Assembly (NCBI GenBank): GCA_039810885.1
Contig: JBDHXV010000001.1
Coordinates: forward strand, 13,527-77,526
Direction of reading: 5' to 3'
DNA length: 64,000 bases
Source of the DNA: Chitinophagales bacterium
GTDB taxonomy: Bacteria; Bacteroidota; Bacteroidia; Chitinophagales; UBA10324
A program made the translations under genes and the position numbers. Each line of letters starts with the position of its first letter. Position 1 is the stretch's first letter. This document shows positions 49,260 to 57,878 of this stretch, in pieces. Below the pieces are notes generated by a model, which made no database searches, had not been told where the DNA came from, and saw only the letters and a program-made list of their open reading frames with translations.

Positions 49260-51113
49260 TTAGGATTTGTCGTCGGACTTTTCTTCCTCGTCCTTGTCCA
49301 ATTTGTCTTTCAAGTCAGAAAGAATGCTCAAGTCGCCTAATGTTGATTTTTCAATCTTACGATTAATGTTCTTCAACTCAGTGCGCGTATCGGTACGTTC
49401 TTTTTCTGCTTTAGCAGCCTTATCCTTTTTCTCCTCATGGAATTTATCATCATTTAGTTTGGTGTGAGAAACTAGAATTTTCTTCTGTCCACGATCAAAC
49501 TCAATTACCTTAAAGTCCAACACCTCATCCATTTCTGCCAATTTTCCATTTTCTTTCTTCAGATGCTTGTTCGGAGCAAAGGCTTCAATACCATAGGGTA
49601 ACAGTATTAATGCACCTTTATCATCTTTCTTAACAACCGTACCCTGATGCACAGAACCCAGCGGGAAAGCTGATTCGAAAGTATCCCAAGGGTCTTCCTC
49701 TATCTGCTTATGACCTAATGAAAGTTTGCGATTCTCTTTATCAATTTCAAGAACGACTACTTCCATGGAGTTACCCGGCTTGGTGAACTCGTTCGGATGA
49801 TGAATACGCTTAATCCAACTTAGATCACTTACGTGAACAAAGCCTGTAATGCCTTCTGCTAATTCAACGAACACGCCGAAAGCACTGGTATTACGTACGG
49901 TTCCACTATGGCGTGAACCTACAGGGAAGCGAGACTCGATATCGTTCCAAGGGTCAGGTGTTAATTGCTTTAAACTGAGCGACATTTTACGTTCTGTGCG
50001 ATCCATAGTCACGACTAAGGCTTCGTACTCATCACCGTGTTTGAAGTATTCTTTTGAATTGATAGGTGCATTAGACCAAGAAACTTCAGACACGTGAATT
50101 AAGCCTTCTACACCCGGAGTAATTTCTAAAAATGCTCCGTAATCTTCTACATTCACAATTTTACCTTTCACTTTACTACCCACTTCAATAGATGCTTCCA
50201 AAGTATCCCATGGGTGAGGCATCAATTGCTTTAATCCAAGGCTAATGCGTTTCTTTTCATCATCAAAATCAAGCACCACGACATTAATCTTTTGGTTAAT
50301 CTTGAGTACTTCGTTCGGATGCGTAATACGTCCCCAAGAGATGTCGGTGATGTATAATAAACCGTCCACACCGCCAAGATCAATGAAGGCACCAAAGTCC
50401 GTAATGTTCTTAATTGTCCCTTCCAATACTTGTCCTTTTTCCAGCTTACCGATAATCTCAAGCCGTTGTTGTTCGATATCGCTTTCAATAAGTGCTTTGT
50501 GCGATACTACCGCATTCTTAATGATTTCGTTAATCTTAACTACTTTAAATTCCATAGTTAAGCCTACGTAAACATCATAATCTGTAATTGGTTTAACATC
50601 TATTTGAGAGCCGGGTAAGAATGTCTCCAGGCTATATACGTCAACGATTAATCCGCCCTTTGTTTTAGAAGTGATCGTGCCGTTAACGATTGCCTGTGTT
50701 TTATAGGCTTCAACAATTTTTTCCCATGCACGCTGTGTTTTAGCGGATTTACGACTTAGCGTTAATTGACCTTTCGTGTTTTCTTTTTCCACTACCTGCA
50801 CTTCGATTTTATCGCCAACCTTCAGATTAGGTAAATCACGAAATTCGGAGAGCGGAACTAAGCCATCGGATTTGAATCCAATGTTTAGTACGACGTCGGA
50901 GTCTGTAATACTCACGACCTGGCCGTTAAGAATTTCTTCGTCATTGATGCTTACAAACGATTTATCATAATCGCTTAGGTACTTGTTTCGCTCCGCATCA
51001 GAATAGCGACGCACATTTTTTTTGTCAGCAGTCCAATCGAAATCATCATGGCTGCTTGGTACTGTAGTAGCAACAGTTCCCGGGTCTTGGTTTTCTAATT
51101 TGTTTTCTTCCAA
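49260..51113 (-). CDS. rpsA: 30S ribosomal protein bS1
   Basis: Tandem S1 repeats (FGAFIDLGGVDGLL, GLIHVSEVSW), TLGDL tail, TTG start. Confidence 0.96.
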   Translation of the reverse strand: MEENKLENQDPGTVATTVPSSHDDFDWTADKKNVRRYSDAERNKYLSDYDKSFVSINDEEILNGQVVSITDSDVVLNIGFKSDGLVPLSEFRDLPNLKVGDKIEVQVVEKENTKGQLTLSRKSAKTQRAWEKIVEAYKTQAIVNGTITSKTKGGLIVDVYSLETFLPGSQIDVKPITDYDVYVGLTMEFKVVKINEIIKNAVVSHKALIESDIEQQRLEIIGKLEKGQVLEGTIKNITDFGAFIDLGGVDGLLYITDISWGRITHPNEVLKINQKINVVVLDFDDEKKRISLGLKQLMPHPWDTLEASIEVGSKVKGKIVNVEDYGAFLEITPGVEGLIHVSEVSWSNAPINSKEYFKHGDEYEALVVTMDRTERKMSLSLKQLTPDPWNDIESRFPVGSRHSGTVRNTSAFGVFVELAEGITGFVHVSDLSWIKRIHHPNEFTKPGNSMEVVVLEIDKENRKLSLGHKQIEEDPWDTFESAFPLGSVHQGTVVKKDDKGALILLPYGIEAFAPNKHLKKENGKLAEMDEVLDFKVIEFDRGQKKILVSHTKLNDDKFHEEKKDKAAKAEKERTDTRTELKNINRKIEKSTLGDLSILSDLKDKLDKDEEEKSDDKS

Positions 51114-51122
51114 AGTTTTGTT

Positions 51123-51129
51123 CCTCCTT
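51123..51129 (-). promoter_or_regulatory. Strong Shine-Dalgarno (AAGGAGG) 9 nt upstream of the rpsA TTG
   Basis: Minus strand reads AAAAGGAGG-AACAAAACT-TTG. Confidence 0.75.
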
Positions 51130-51151
51130 TTGAATGAGATTTTAAGGACGG

Positions 51152-51159
51152 CAAAAGTA
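51152..51159 (-). promoter_or_regulatory. -7 box (TACTTTTG) for rpsA
   Basis: Consensus match, implying a leader of roughly 33 nt. Confidence 0.6.
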
Positions 51160-51221
51160 AGGATATAAATTAAACTGCAAAAATGATGTGCCTGAAAATC
51201 AAGGTTATTTTATCAATTATG

Positions 51222-51785
51222 TTATTGCCCCCACCTATACGTATCATTTTGCCTGATGCCCGCAAGTTCCAATGCGCGATCTGTTACGGTTGCTGTCAAG
51301 GCTTCAATAGTTTGGGGTTTGGAATAAAATGATGGCGTTGCCGGGCAAATGATGGCCCCTGCCTCGGTAAGGGTTTTCATATTTTGAAGATGTATCAGAC
51401 TATAGGGCGTTTCTCGTACTACCAAAATTAAACGACGACGTTCTTTCAATACCACATCGGCCGAACGGGTCATCAAGTCATCCGATACACCTGCAGCTAT
51501 ACGTCCTAAAGTGCCCATAGAACAAGGGCAGATAATCATGGCTTCGTACCCTCCGCTGCCACTGGCGAACGGCGCCATAAAATCTTGTTTGGAGTAGCAC
51601 TTAAAAGGCAATTTCTCATAGTCTTTATTATCTAACTCATATTGCCATACGGTTTTAGCATTTTCGCTTATGAGTATGGCTACAGTTAAATTGTTATTCT
51701 GTTGGTTTATTGTTTGCAATCTCTTTAATAAAGTTGCAGCATAAATGCTACCGCTGGCTCCTGTAATCCCGATAACGATTTTCAT
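51222..51785 (-). CDS. ubiX: Flavin prenyltransferase
   Basis: GITGASG, PCSMGTL, LKERR and VRETP motifs. Confidence 0.93.
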   Translation of the reverse strand: MKIVIGITGASGSIYAATLLKRLQTINQQNNNLTVAILISENAKTVWQYELDNKDYEKLPFKCYSKQDFMAPFASGSGGYEAMIICPCSMGTLGRIAAGVSDDLMTRSADVVLKERRRLILVVRETPYSLIHLQNMKTLTEAGAIICPATPSFYSKPQTIEALTATVTDRALELAGIRQNDTYRWGQ

Positions 51786-52022
51786 AAAAATGATTTAAAT
51801 GGCTGCAAATTAAACGTTCTTTACAGATCAAAAACTATAGTTGAACTGATAACATAAAAGTTGAAAGTGATGAATAATTCTGAGTGAATGCCTTGTATTA
51901 AGCTTATGATTTTTTTATTCTTAAAAATTTAATAGCATCAATTTTTGCTTCATTCAACAACTCACGCTTAGAGGTGCATAACGGTTTAATTCATTAATTG
52001 TATTATTTGTCGCTTATTCCTC

Positions 52023-52030
52023 TATATTTG
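52023..52030 (+). promoter_or_regulatory. -7 box (TATATTTG) for secDF
   Basis: Consensus match, implying a leader of about 100 nt. Confidence 0.55.
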
Positions 52031-52135
52031 CGCACTATTTTTTCATTCTGTGACCATTAACCTGTTGCTAATGAGGCACAAATGAAAAAGTCAACCCTAA
52101 TATAAACCACATCAGAATAAAATAATCATTCAAGA

Positions 52136-55100
52136 ATGAAAGGAAAAGGTATCATCCAGTTTTTTGCTATCGCATTAACTCTTGTTAGCATTTATCAATT
52201 ATCGTTCAACTTTATTACTTCATCCGTTGAGAAGCGTGCGAATGAATTTGCCGAAAGTCGTGTACTTATCGGAAAGCCTATGCAGGACATGCTACCCGCA
52301 GACAAAACGCAGGCTAAGGAAGTAGAAGATTCTCTGTTGGGATTAATCAAAAAGTACAGAATACAGTATCTCGATTCAATCTCAAATGAGAATGTAGTGG
52401 ACTTAGGTATCATCTCGTTTACTTATCAGAAGTGTAAAGACCAACAATTAAACCTTGGTTTGGATTTACAAGGCGGTATGAACGTGGTACTTCAGGTGTC
52501 TATGCGCGATTTGATACGCTCCTTAGCAGATAATACTACAGACGAGACGTTCAATAAAGCTCTTGACCTCGCCGATGCCCGTCAATTAAAAGAATCGCAG
52601 AAGGATTATGTAAGTTTATTCATTGAGTCTTACAAACAACTGGCGCCGGATGCAAAGCTTTCTACTCTGTTTGCGACCAAGGATAACACTGAGCGCATTA
52701 AATATAACAGCACGGATTCTGAAGTCGAAAAAGTTATTCGAGAAGAAGCCGGCAAAGCATTTGATCGTACATATAATATACTTCGCAGTCGTATAGACCG
52801 CTTCGGTGTTACTTCGCCTAATATTACCGCACAGGCTGCAACAGGTCGTATTAGTGTTGAATTACCGGGAGTAGATAATCCAATGCGCGTACGCCGCCTG
52901 TTACAGGCTTCTGCAAAGCTTGAGTTTTGGGAAACTTATTCTGCATCGGAGCTATACCCTGTTTTAAACAATATCAATAAATTATTAGGTACCCGTCTTA
53001 GCAATGTGGACAGTACCGAGTTGAAAAAAGAAACAACCTCCTTAAAAGGAGAGAATGCCTTAAAAGATACCAGTAGTTTGGCTAATGCCACTGCAACTAG
53101 TGACTCGTCTGCTTTGGTTAAAAAGCAAATGTCCGAGAATCCCTTGTTTGCTTTAATGTATGTACCAAACTACAAGGATCAAGGCAGTGGTAAAGATATG
53201 GTAGCCAATGTTCCTGAAGTAGGCTATGTATTAGGTAAAGACACCGCAAAGATTAACCACTTCCTTTCTTATGATTTTATAAAGTCTTCTATACCTAGAA
53301 ATATCAAGTTCGTTTGGGGAGCTAAGCCGATTGAGGGCAGTAAATCAAGCTATGCTTTATATGCATTGAAAAAGCAAAACAATAGTGACGAAGCACCTTT
53401 AGATGGTTCTGTAGTTATATCCGCACGTGCGGACATTAATCAAAATAATAAAGTAGAGGTAGCCTTATCTATGAATGCAGACGGAGCAAAGACTTGGCGT
53501 CTTTTAACTCAGAAAAACAAAGATCGCTTCATTGCTATCGTACTGGATGATCAAGTTCGCTCCGCACCGCGAGTGAATGAAGAAATACCCAATGGTCGTT
53601 CTTCAATCTCCGGTTCATTCACTCAAGAAGAAGCGAAAGATCTTGCCAACATTTTACAAACCGGAAAATTACCTGCACCGGCTAAGATTATTGCAGAAGA
53701 TGTGGTGGGCCCTTCATTAGGTGCTGAATCCATTCATCGTGGTATTCAATCTATGGTGTTTGCTTTCTTGGCAATTCTTGGGTTTATGGTTTTCTATTAC
53801 AATACATCGGGTATTGTAGCCAACCTTGCTTTGCTTTTCAACTTATTATTCATTATCGGGATACTTGCTTCCATATCGGCTACGCTTACATTAGCAGGTA
53901 TTGCAGGTATTGTTTTAACCATGGGTGTTGCCGTTGATGCTAACGTGTTGACTCATGAGCGAATAAAGGAAGAATTGGCTCGGGGTTCTTCATTAATTAA
54001 AGCAATTAATGATGGGCATCGTCACTCATACTCAGCCATTTTTGACTCCAACTTAACGACCTTATTAACCGGTATTATCCTTGCCTATTTTGGCACGGGG
54101 CCTGTGTTAGGTTATGCTACCACACTGAATATAGGTATCATAATGACCTTATTTACTGCTGTATTTATGGCTCATTGGTTTATGGAGTTTTGGGTAAAGG
54201 GTGGACGAACGATGAAGTTTCATACGCCAATGTTCCGTGATTTCTCTAAATATGATTTACAATTTGTAAAAAACCGTAAGTATGCTTACATAGCATCTTC
54301 TATAATCACGTTGATTTGCTTGGTGTCTATTTTTACCAAAGGGTTTCAATATGGTGTTGACTTTACAGGTGGTCGCACATACGTAATCCGATTCGATCAA
54401 ACGGTAAGCACAGATCAAATTCGCCAATCGTTAGAAGAAGGCCTTGGTGGCTCTCCGGTTGTAAAATCTTATGGATCTAGCGATCAGGTTAAGATTGTTA
54501 CTTCGTTTACCGATGAGAACCATGCAACAGTTTCAGATAGTGCAGCACAGCATCATATTTACGATGCTTTAAAATCTTATTTAGGAGAGCATGTTTCTTA
54601 TTCTCAATTCACTGCAGATTATTTAAGAAGTACTTCTGTCATTGGTCCTACAATCTCAGATGATATTAAGACTAATTCGTTATACGCCGTGCTTCTATCT
54701 ATTGTTGGTATTGGGGCGTATATTTTAGTTCGCTTTCGCAATTGGAGATATTCCGTTGGTGCTATTTTCTCTTTGGTCCACGATACTATTATCGTAATGG
54801 GCGTATTTTCACTTTTTAGTGGTATCTTACCTTTTACCCTTGAAGTGGATGAGCAATTTATTGCAGCTATCCTTACGGTATTAGGCTATTCGGTTAACGA
54901 TACGGTGATTATCTATGACCGTATTCGCGAATATCTGCGAGAACATCCTGCTATGGACATGAAGAAATGTATAAACGATGCCTTGAATAACACTTTGAAC
55001 CGTATCATCGCAACACACTTAACGGTATTCACCGTTGTGCTTATTTTGTTCATATTCGCCGGTGAAACGGTGCGTGGCTTTTCTTTTGCAATGCTGATAG

Positions 55101-55231
55101 GTGTTGTTTTCGGTACATATTCCTCTGTATTTGTTGCTGCTCCACTAGTGATCGACCTTGCTAAGGATGATGAAACGTTACGATTAGTAAAACACGAAAG
55201 CACAAATAAGAAACCTGCTTCAGCCAAGTAA
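52136..55231 (+). CDS. secDF: Fused protein translocase subunit SecDF
   Basis: LGLDLQGG, GVAVDANV, GVDFTGG and GYSVNDTVIIYDRIRE motifs. Confidence 0.96.
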   Translation: MKGKGIIQFFAIALTLVSIYQLSFNFITSSVEKRANEFAESRVLIGKPMQDMLPADKTQAKEVEDSLLGLIKKYRIQYLDSISNENVVDLGIISFTYQKCKDQQLNLGLDLQGGMNVVLQVSMRDLIRSLADNTTDETFNKALDLADARQLKESQKDYVSLFIESYKQLAPDAKLSTLFATKDNTERIKYNSTDSEVEKVIREEAGKAFDRTYNILRSRIDRFGVTSPNITAQAATGRISVELPGVDNPMRVRRLLQASAKLEFWETYSASELYPVLNNINKLLGTRLSNVDSTELKKETTSLKGENALKDTSSLANATATSDSSALVKKQMSENPLFALMYVPNYKDQGSGKDMVANVPEVGYVLGKDTAKINHFLSYDFIKSSIPRNIKFVWGAKPIEGSKSSYALYALKKQNNSDEAPLDGSVVISARADINQNNKVEVALSMNADGAKTWRLLTQKNKDRFIAIVLDDQVRSAPRVNEEIPNGRSSISGSFTQEEAKDLANILQTGKLPAPAKIIAEDVVGPSLGAESIHRGIQSMVFAFLAILGFMVFYYNTSGIVANLALLFNLLFIIGILASISATLTLAGIAGIVLTMGVAVDANVLTHERIKEELARGSSLIKAINDGHRHSYSAIFDSNLTTLLTGIILAYFGTGPVLGYATTLNIGIIMTLFTAVFMAHWFMEFWVKGGRTMKFHTPMFRDFSKYDLQFVKNRKYAYIASSIITLICLVSIFTKGFQYGVDFTGGRTYVIRFDQTVSTDQIRQSLEEGLGGSPVVKSYGSSDQVKIVTSFTDENHATVSDSAAQHHIYDALKSYLGEHVSYSQFTADYLRSTSVIGPTISDDIKTNSLYAVLLSIVGIGAYILVRFRNWRYSVGAIFSLVHDTIIVMGVFSLFSGILPFTLEVDEQFIAAILTVLGYSVNDTVIIYDRIREYLREHPAMDMKKCINDALNNTLNRIIATHLTVFTVVLILFIFAGETVRGFSFAMLIGVVFGTYSSVFVAAPLVIDLAKDDETLRLVKHESTNKKPASAK

Positions 55232-55246
55232 TTATTAAATTAATTA

Positions 55247-55290
55247 AAATAAAAGAGCCTTACCTGCTTTCCGGTAAGGCTCTTTTATTT
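55247..55290. terminator. Bidirectional intrinsic terminator between secDF and the usp gene
   Basis: Perfect 18-bp inverted repeat AAATAAAAGAGCCTTACC/GGTAAGGCTCTTTTATTT. Confidence 0.9.
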
Positions 55291-55377
55291 AAGCGCTTTA
55301 TTGATTAAAATTTTTCATTACAAGAGTAAATACCAGCGTTAGCTGATTACAAAACGGTCAGTTATTCTCACTTACAC

Positions 55378-56181
55378 TTACTTCTTAATCGGAATTGCTA
55401 ATAGCGGAATGCGAATTAACCCCGATACCTTTTCTGTTATGCTCGCATTAAATATCTTTTGGAAGAAATTCCTTTGATGTACAAACATCATTAAGGCTGC
55501 TTCTTTTTGCTTTGCTGTATAATCCACCAGGTTTTCTGCCAATGAGTTTACAACGTTGGCTTGCAGCAATTTCAACTCGGGGTGCTTCTCTTGCGAACGT
55601 TGAATAATCTGTTTATCCGGCAGATAATAAAAACCAACCCAGTCCACCTTACATTTCATAAGTGAAGCCCAAGCCTCCGTTTGTTTCTTGTATGTTTTCA
55701 TCTTTTCAGTTTCAACAGCAACTATCAATTTTTTTAGAGGACGAGGCTTCCATACCGACGGGACCGCTAATACCGGTAGAAATGCTTGGTTGATAATAGA
55801 TGATGTATTACTTCCCATTAATACCTCTTTAATACCGGAAAATCCGTGAGTGCCCATTACGATTAATTTTGCTTTCTTACTCAGAGCACGCTTAATAATG
55901 GAGCCGCTGATTAACACACTCTCTGTAATGTAAATGCTGAAACTCAACTGGTATCTTAATAATGCTTTATTCATCATTTGTATTACGATTTGTCGCAACT
56001 TGCCTTCAAGATATTGACGATCGAAGTTTTTATAATTCCATTTGGGCGGATATTCAAGCATAGCCGCTTTATTAGTAATGTGAATAATTTCGATCGGCAT
56101 GCCGCTTAAGTCAGCTATATAGAGTGCTTGCTTTAGTGCCAGCGTTGACTTTGGTGAAAAATCATAAGGGACTAGAATCAT
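55378..56181 (-). CDS. Universal stress protein (tandem USP domains)
   Basis: ILVPYDFS, LIVMGTHG, MGSNT and PVLAVP motifs. Confidence 0.88.
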   Translation of the reverse strand: MILVPYDFSPKSTLALKQALYIADLSGMPIEIIHITNKAAMLEYPPKWNYKNFDRQYLEGKLRQIVIQMMNKALLRYQLSFSIYITESVLISGSIIKRALSKKAKLIVMGTHGFSGIKEVLMGSNTSSIINQAFLPVLAVPSVWKPRPLKKLIVAVETEKMKTYKKQTEAWASLMKCKVDWVGFYYLPDKQIIQRSQEKHPELKLLQANVVNSLAENLVDYTAKQKEAALMMFVHQRNFFQKIFNASITEKVSGLIRIPLLAIPIKK

Positions 56182-56227
56182 AAATGAATAATTATTTTAA
56201 ATGAAATTAAGATTGTTTGAAGCTGGG

Positions 56228-57448
56228 TTACAGACTCGCAGCAAACAACAAATTAAGATCGGTGTATTTTAACTTGAATTTATTGCTTAAGTGATAGTTT
56301 GTACAAGCGCCTTTATATACATAGACTCCATGCCTTAGGTTAATATCATTATAAAGTAATTTATCGAATCCACCCTGATTGCCCGATTCCATTATTATCG
56401 GAGTGAGCACATTACTGATGGCGGTGCTTGCCGTGCGCGGAACACGTGAAGCAATGTTAGGCACGCAATAGTGTAACACATCGTATTTCTTAAAGTAAGG
56501 TTTATCATGGTTAGTGACTTCGCTCGTTTCAAAGCATCCACCCTGATCTATGCTTACATCAATGAGAACGCTGCCCGCTTTCATGTGAGATACCATTTGT
56601 TCGGTCACAACGATCGGCGTTCTACCTGATTTAGAATGAATGGCTCCGATAACGATATCGGCAGTTTTCAATTCAGCGGAAAGAATATCTTCACGTAATA
56701 TGCTGGTATAAACTTTATGCCCTATGGCATGTTGCAAGCGTTTAAGCTTGTATAGTGAATTATCAAACACGCGAACTTGAGCACCTAACCCGAGCGCAGA
56801 CTGTGCAGCAAATTCTCCTACAGTTCCGGCACCCAATATAATGACGGTAGCCGGAGGCACGCCGGTGATTCCTCCGAACAATACTCCCTTTCCGTTCTGT
56901 CTATTGCTCAGCAGTTCAGAACCTACCAGTACTGATGCAATACCCGCTATTTCACTCATCGACCGGACTATAGGGAAATTACCTGCTGAGTCGCGAATGT
57001 ATTCAGTTGCCAATGCTGTAACCCGTTTCAGCATCATCTGATTGAGCGTATCCACTTCAAGAGTTGGCAGATGGATAGGTGTAATTAAGGTTTGATTTAA
57101 ATTTAATAGTTTGATTTCCTCTTTAGTTACTGGTGCTGATTTTAAAATCACATCGGCCTGAAATACATCTTTTCGATCATAAACAATTTCAGCGCCTACT
57201 TCACTATAGTCGGTATCATAAAAGTGAGAGCCTTCGCCGGCTTTTGATTCTATCAATACCCGAGCACCGTTATTAACCAATAAGTCAACGGCTTCGGGTG
57301 TAATCGAGATACGGTTTTCTTGAAATGTACTTTCTTTGGGGATGCCAATAAATATTTTAGACGGTTTTGTTGCCACAGCCAATGCTTCTTCTTGAGGGAT
57401 GAGGTGCATTAACTCATTAGGCAGTTTTATTCTTCTTTCATCGCTCAT
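56228..57448 (-). CDS. Alanine dehydrogenase-like protein (divergent active site)
   Basis: IGIPKE..ENR, MSEIAG, GAGTVG, DVSIDQGGCFE and YCVPN motifs. Confidence 0.82.
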   Translation of the reverse strand: MSDERRIKLPNELMHLIPQEEALAVATKPSKIFIGIPKESTFQENRISITPEAVDLLVNNGARVLIESKAGEGSHFYDTDYSEVGAEIVYDRKDVFQADVILKSAPVTKEEIKLLNLNQTLITPIHLPTLEVDTLNQMMLKRVTALATEYIRDSAGNFPIVRSMSEIAGIASVLVGSELLSNRQNGKGVLFGGITGVPPATVIILGAGTVGEFAAQSALGLGAQVRVFDNSLYKLKRLQHAIGHKVYTSILREDILSAELKTADIVIGAIHSKSGRTPIVVTEQMVSHMKAGSVLIDVSIDQGGCFETSEVTNHDKPYFKKYDVLHYCVPNIASRVPRTASTAISNVLTPIIMESGNQGGFDKLLYNDINLRHGVYVYKGACTNYHLSNKFKLKYTDLNLLFAASL

Positions 57449-57873
57449 ACGAGGTTTAGTTTAATCTGTCGGATATTGCTATCTGCGTGCTCAATATACA
57501 CACTTATAGATTTCTGAGGTACATATTCCTTTATAATTTCCGGCCATTCAATAAAACAATAATCTCCGCTGTGCAGGTATTCATCTATTCCAAGATCGAT
57601 AGCTTCCTGAATATTGCGAATACGATATAGATCCATATGAGCGACCCGCTGTTTGTTCTTTGTTTGATATTCGTTGATGATTGAAAACGTAGGGCTTTGA
57701 ACCGGATCAGTTACCTCTAATATTTTACACAATGCTTGTACGAAAGTGGTTTTCCCAACTCCTAAATCGCCCTCGAGAAGAATAATCTTAATCGGCGTAG
57801 CACTTAACAGTTCCGTGCCAAGAGAAATTAATTGAGGAAGTTCCGATATGACATGCGTTGCAGGAAATTGCAT
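57445..57873 (-). CDS. tsaE: t6A biosynthesis ATPase TsaE
   Basis: GDLGVGKTT, SPTFSIINEY, HMDLYR and IEWPE motifs. Confidence 0.95.
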   Translation of the reverse strand: MQFPATHVISELPQLISLGTELLSATPIKIILLEGDLGVGKTTFVQALCKILEVTDPVQSPTFSIINEYQTKNKQRVAHMDLYRIRNIQEAIDLGIDEYLHSGDYCFIEWPEIIKEYVPQKSISVYIEHADSNIRQIKLNLV

Positions 57874-57878
57874 GATAT

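Noticed and set aside
51790-52020. Long AT-rich spacer between ubiX and secDF as ncRNA or replication origin
   Set aside because: No convincing structure, DnaA-box cluster or ORF was seen. It is consistent with a divergent promoter region.
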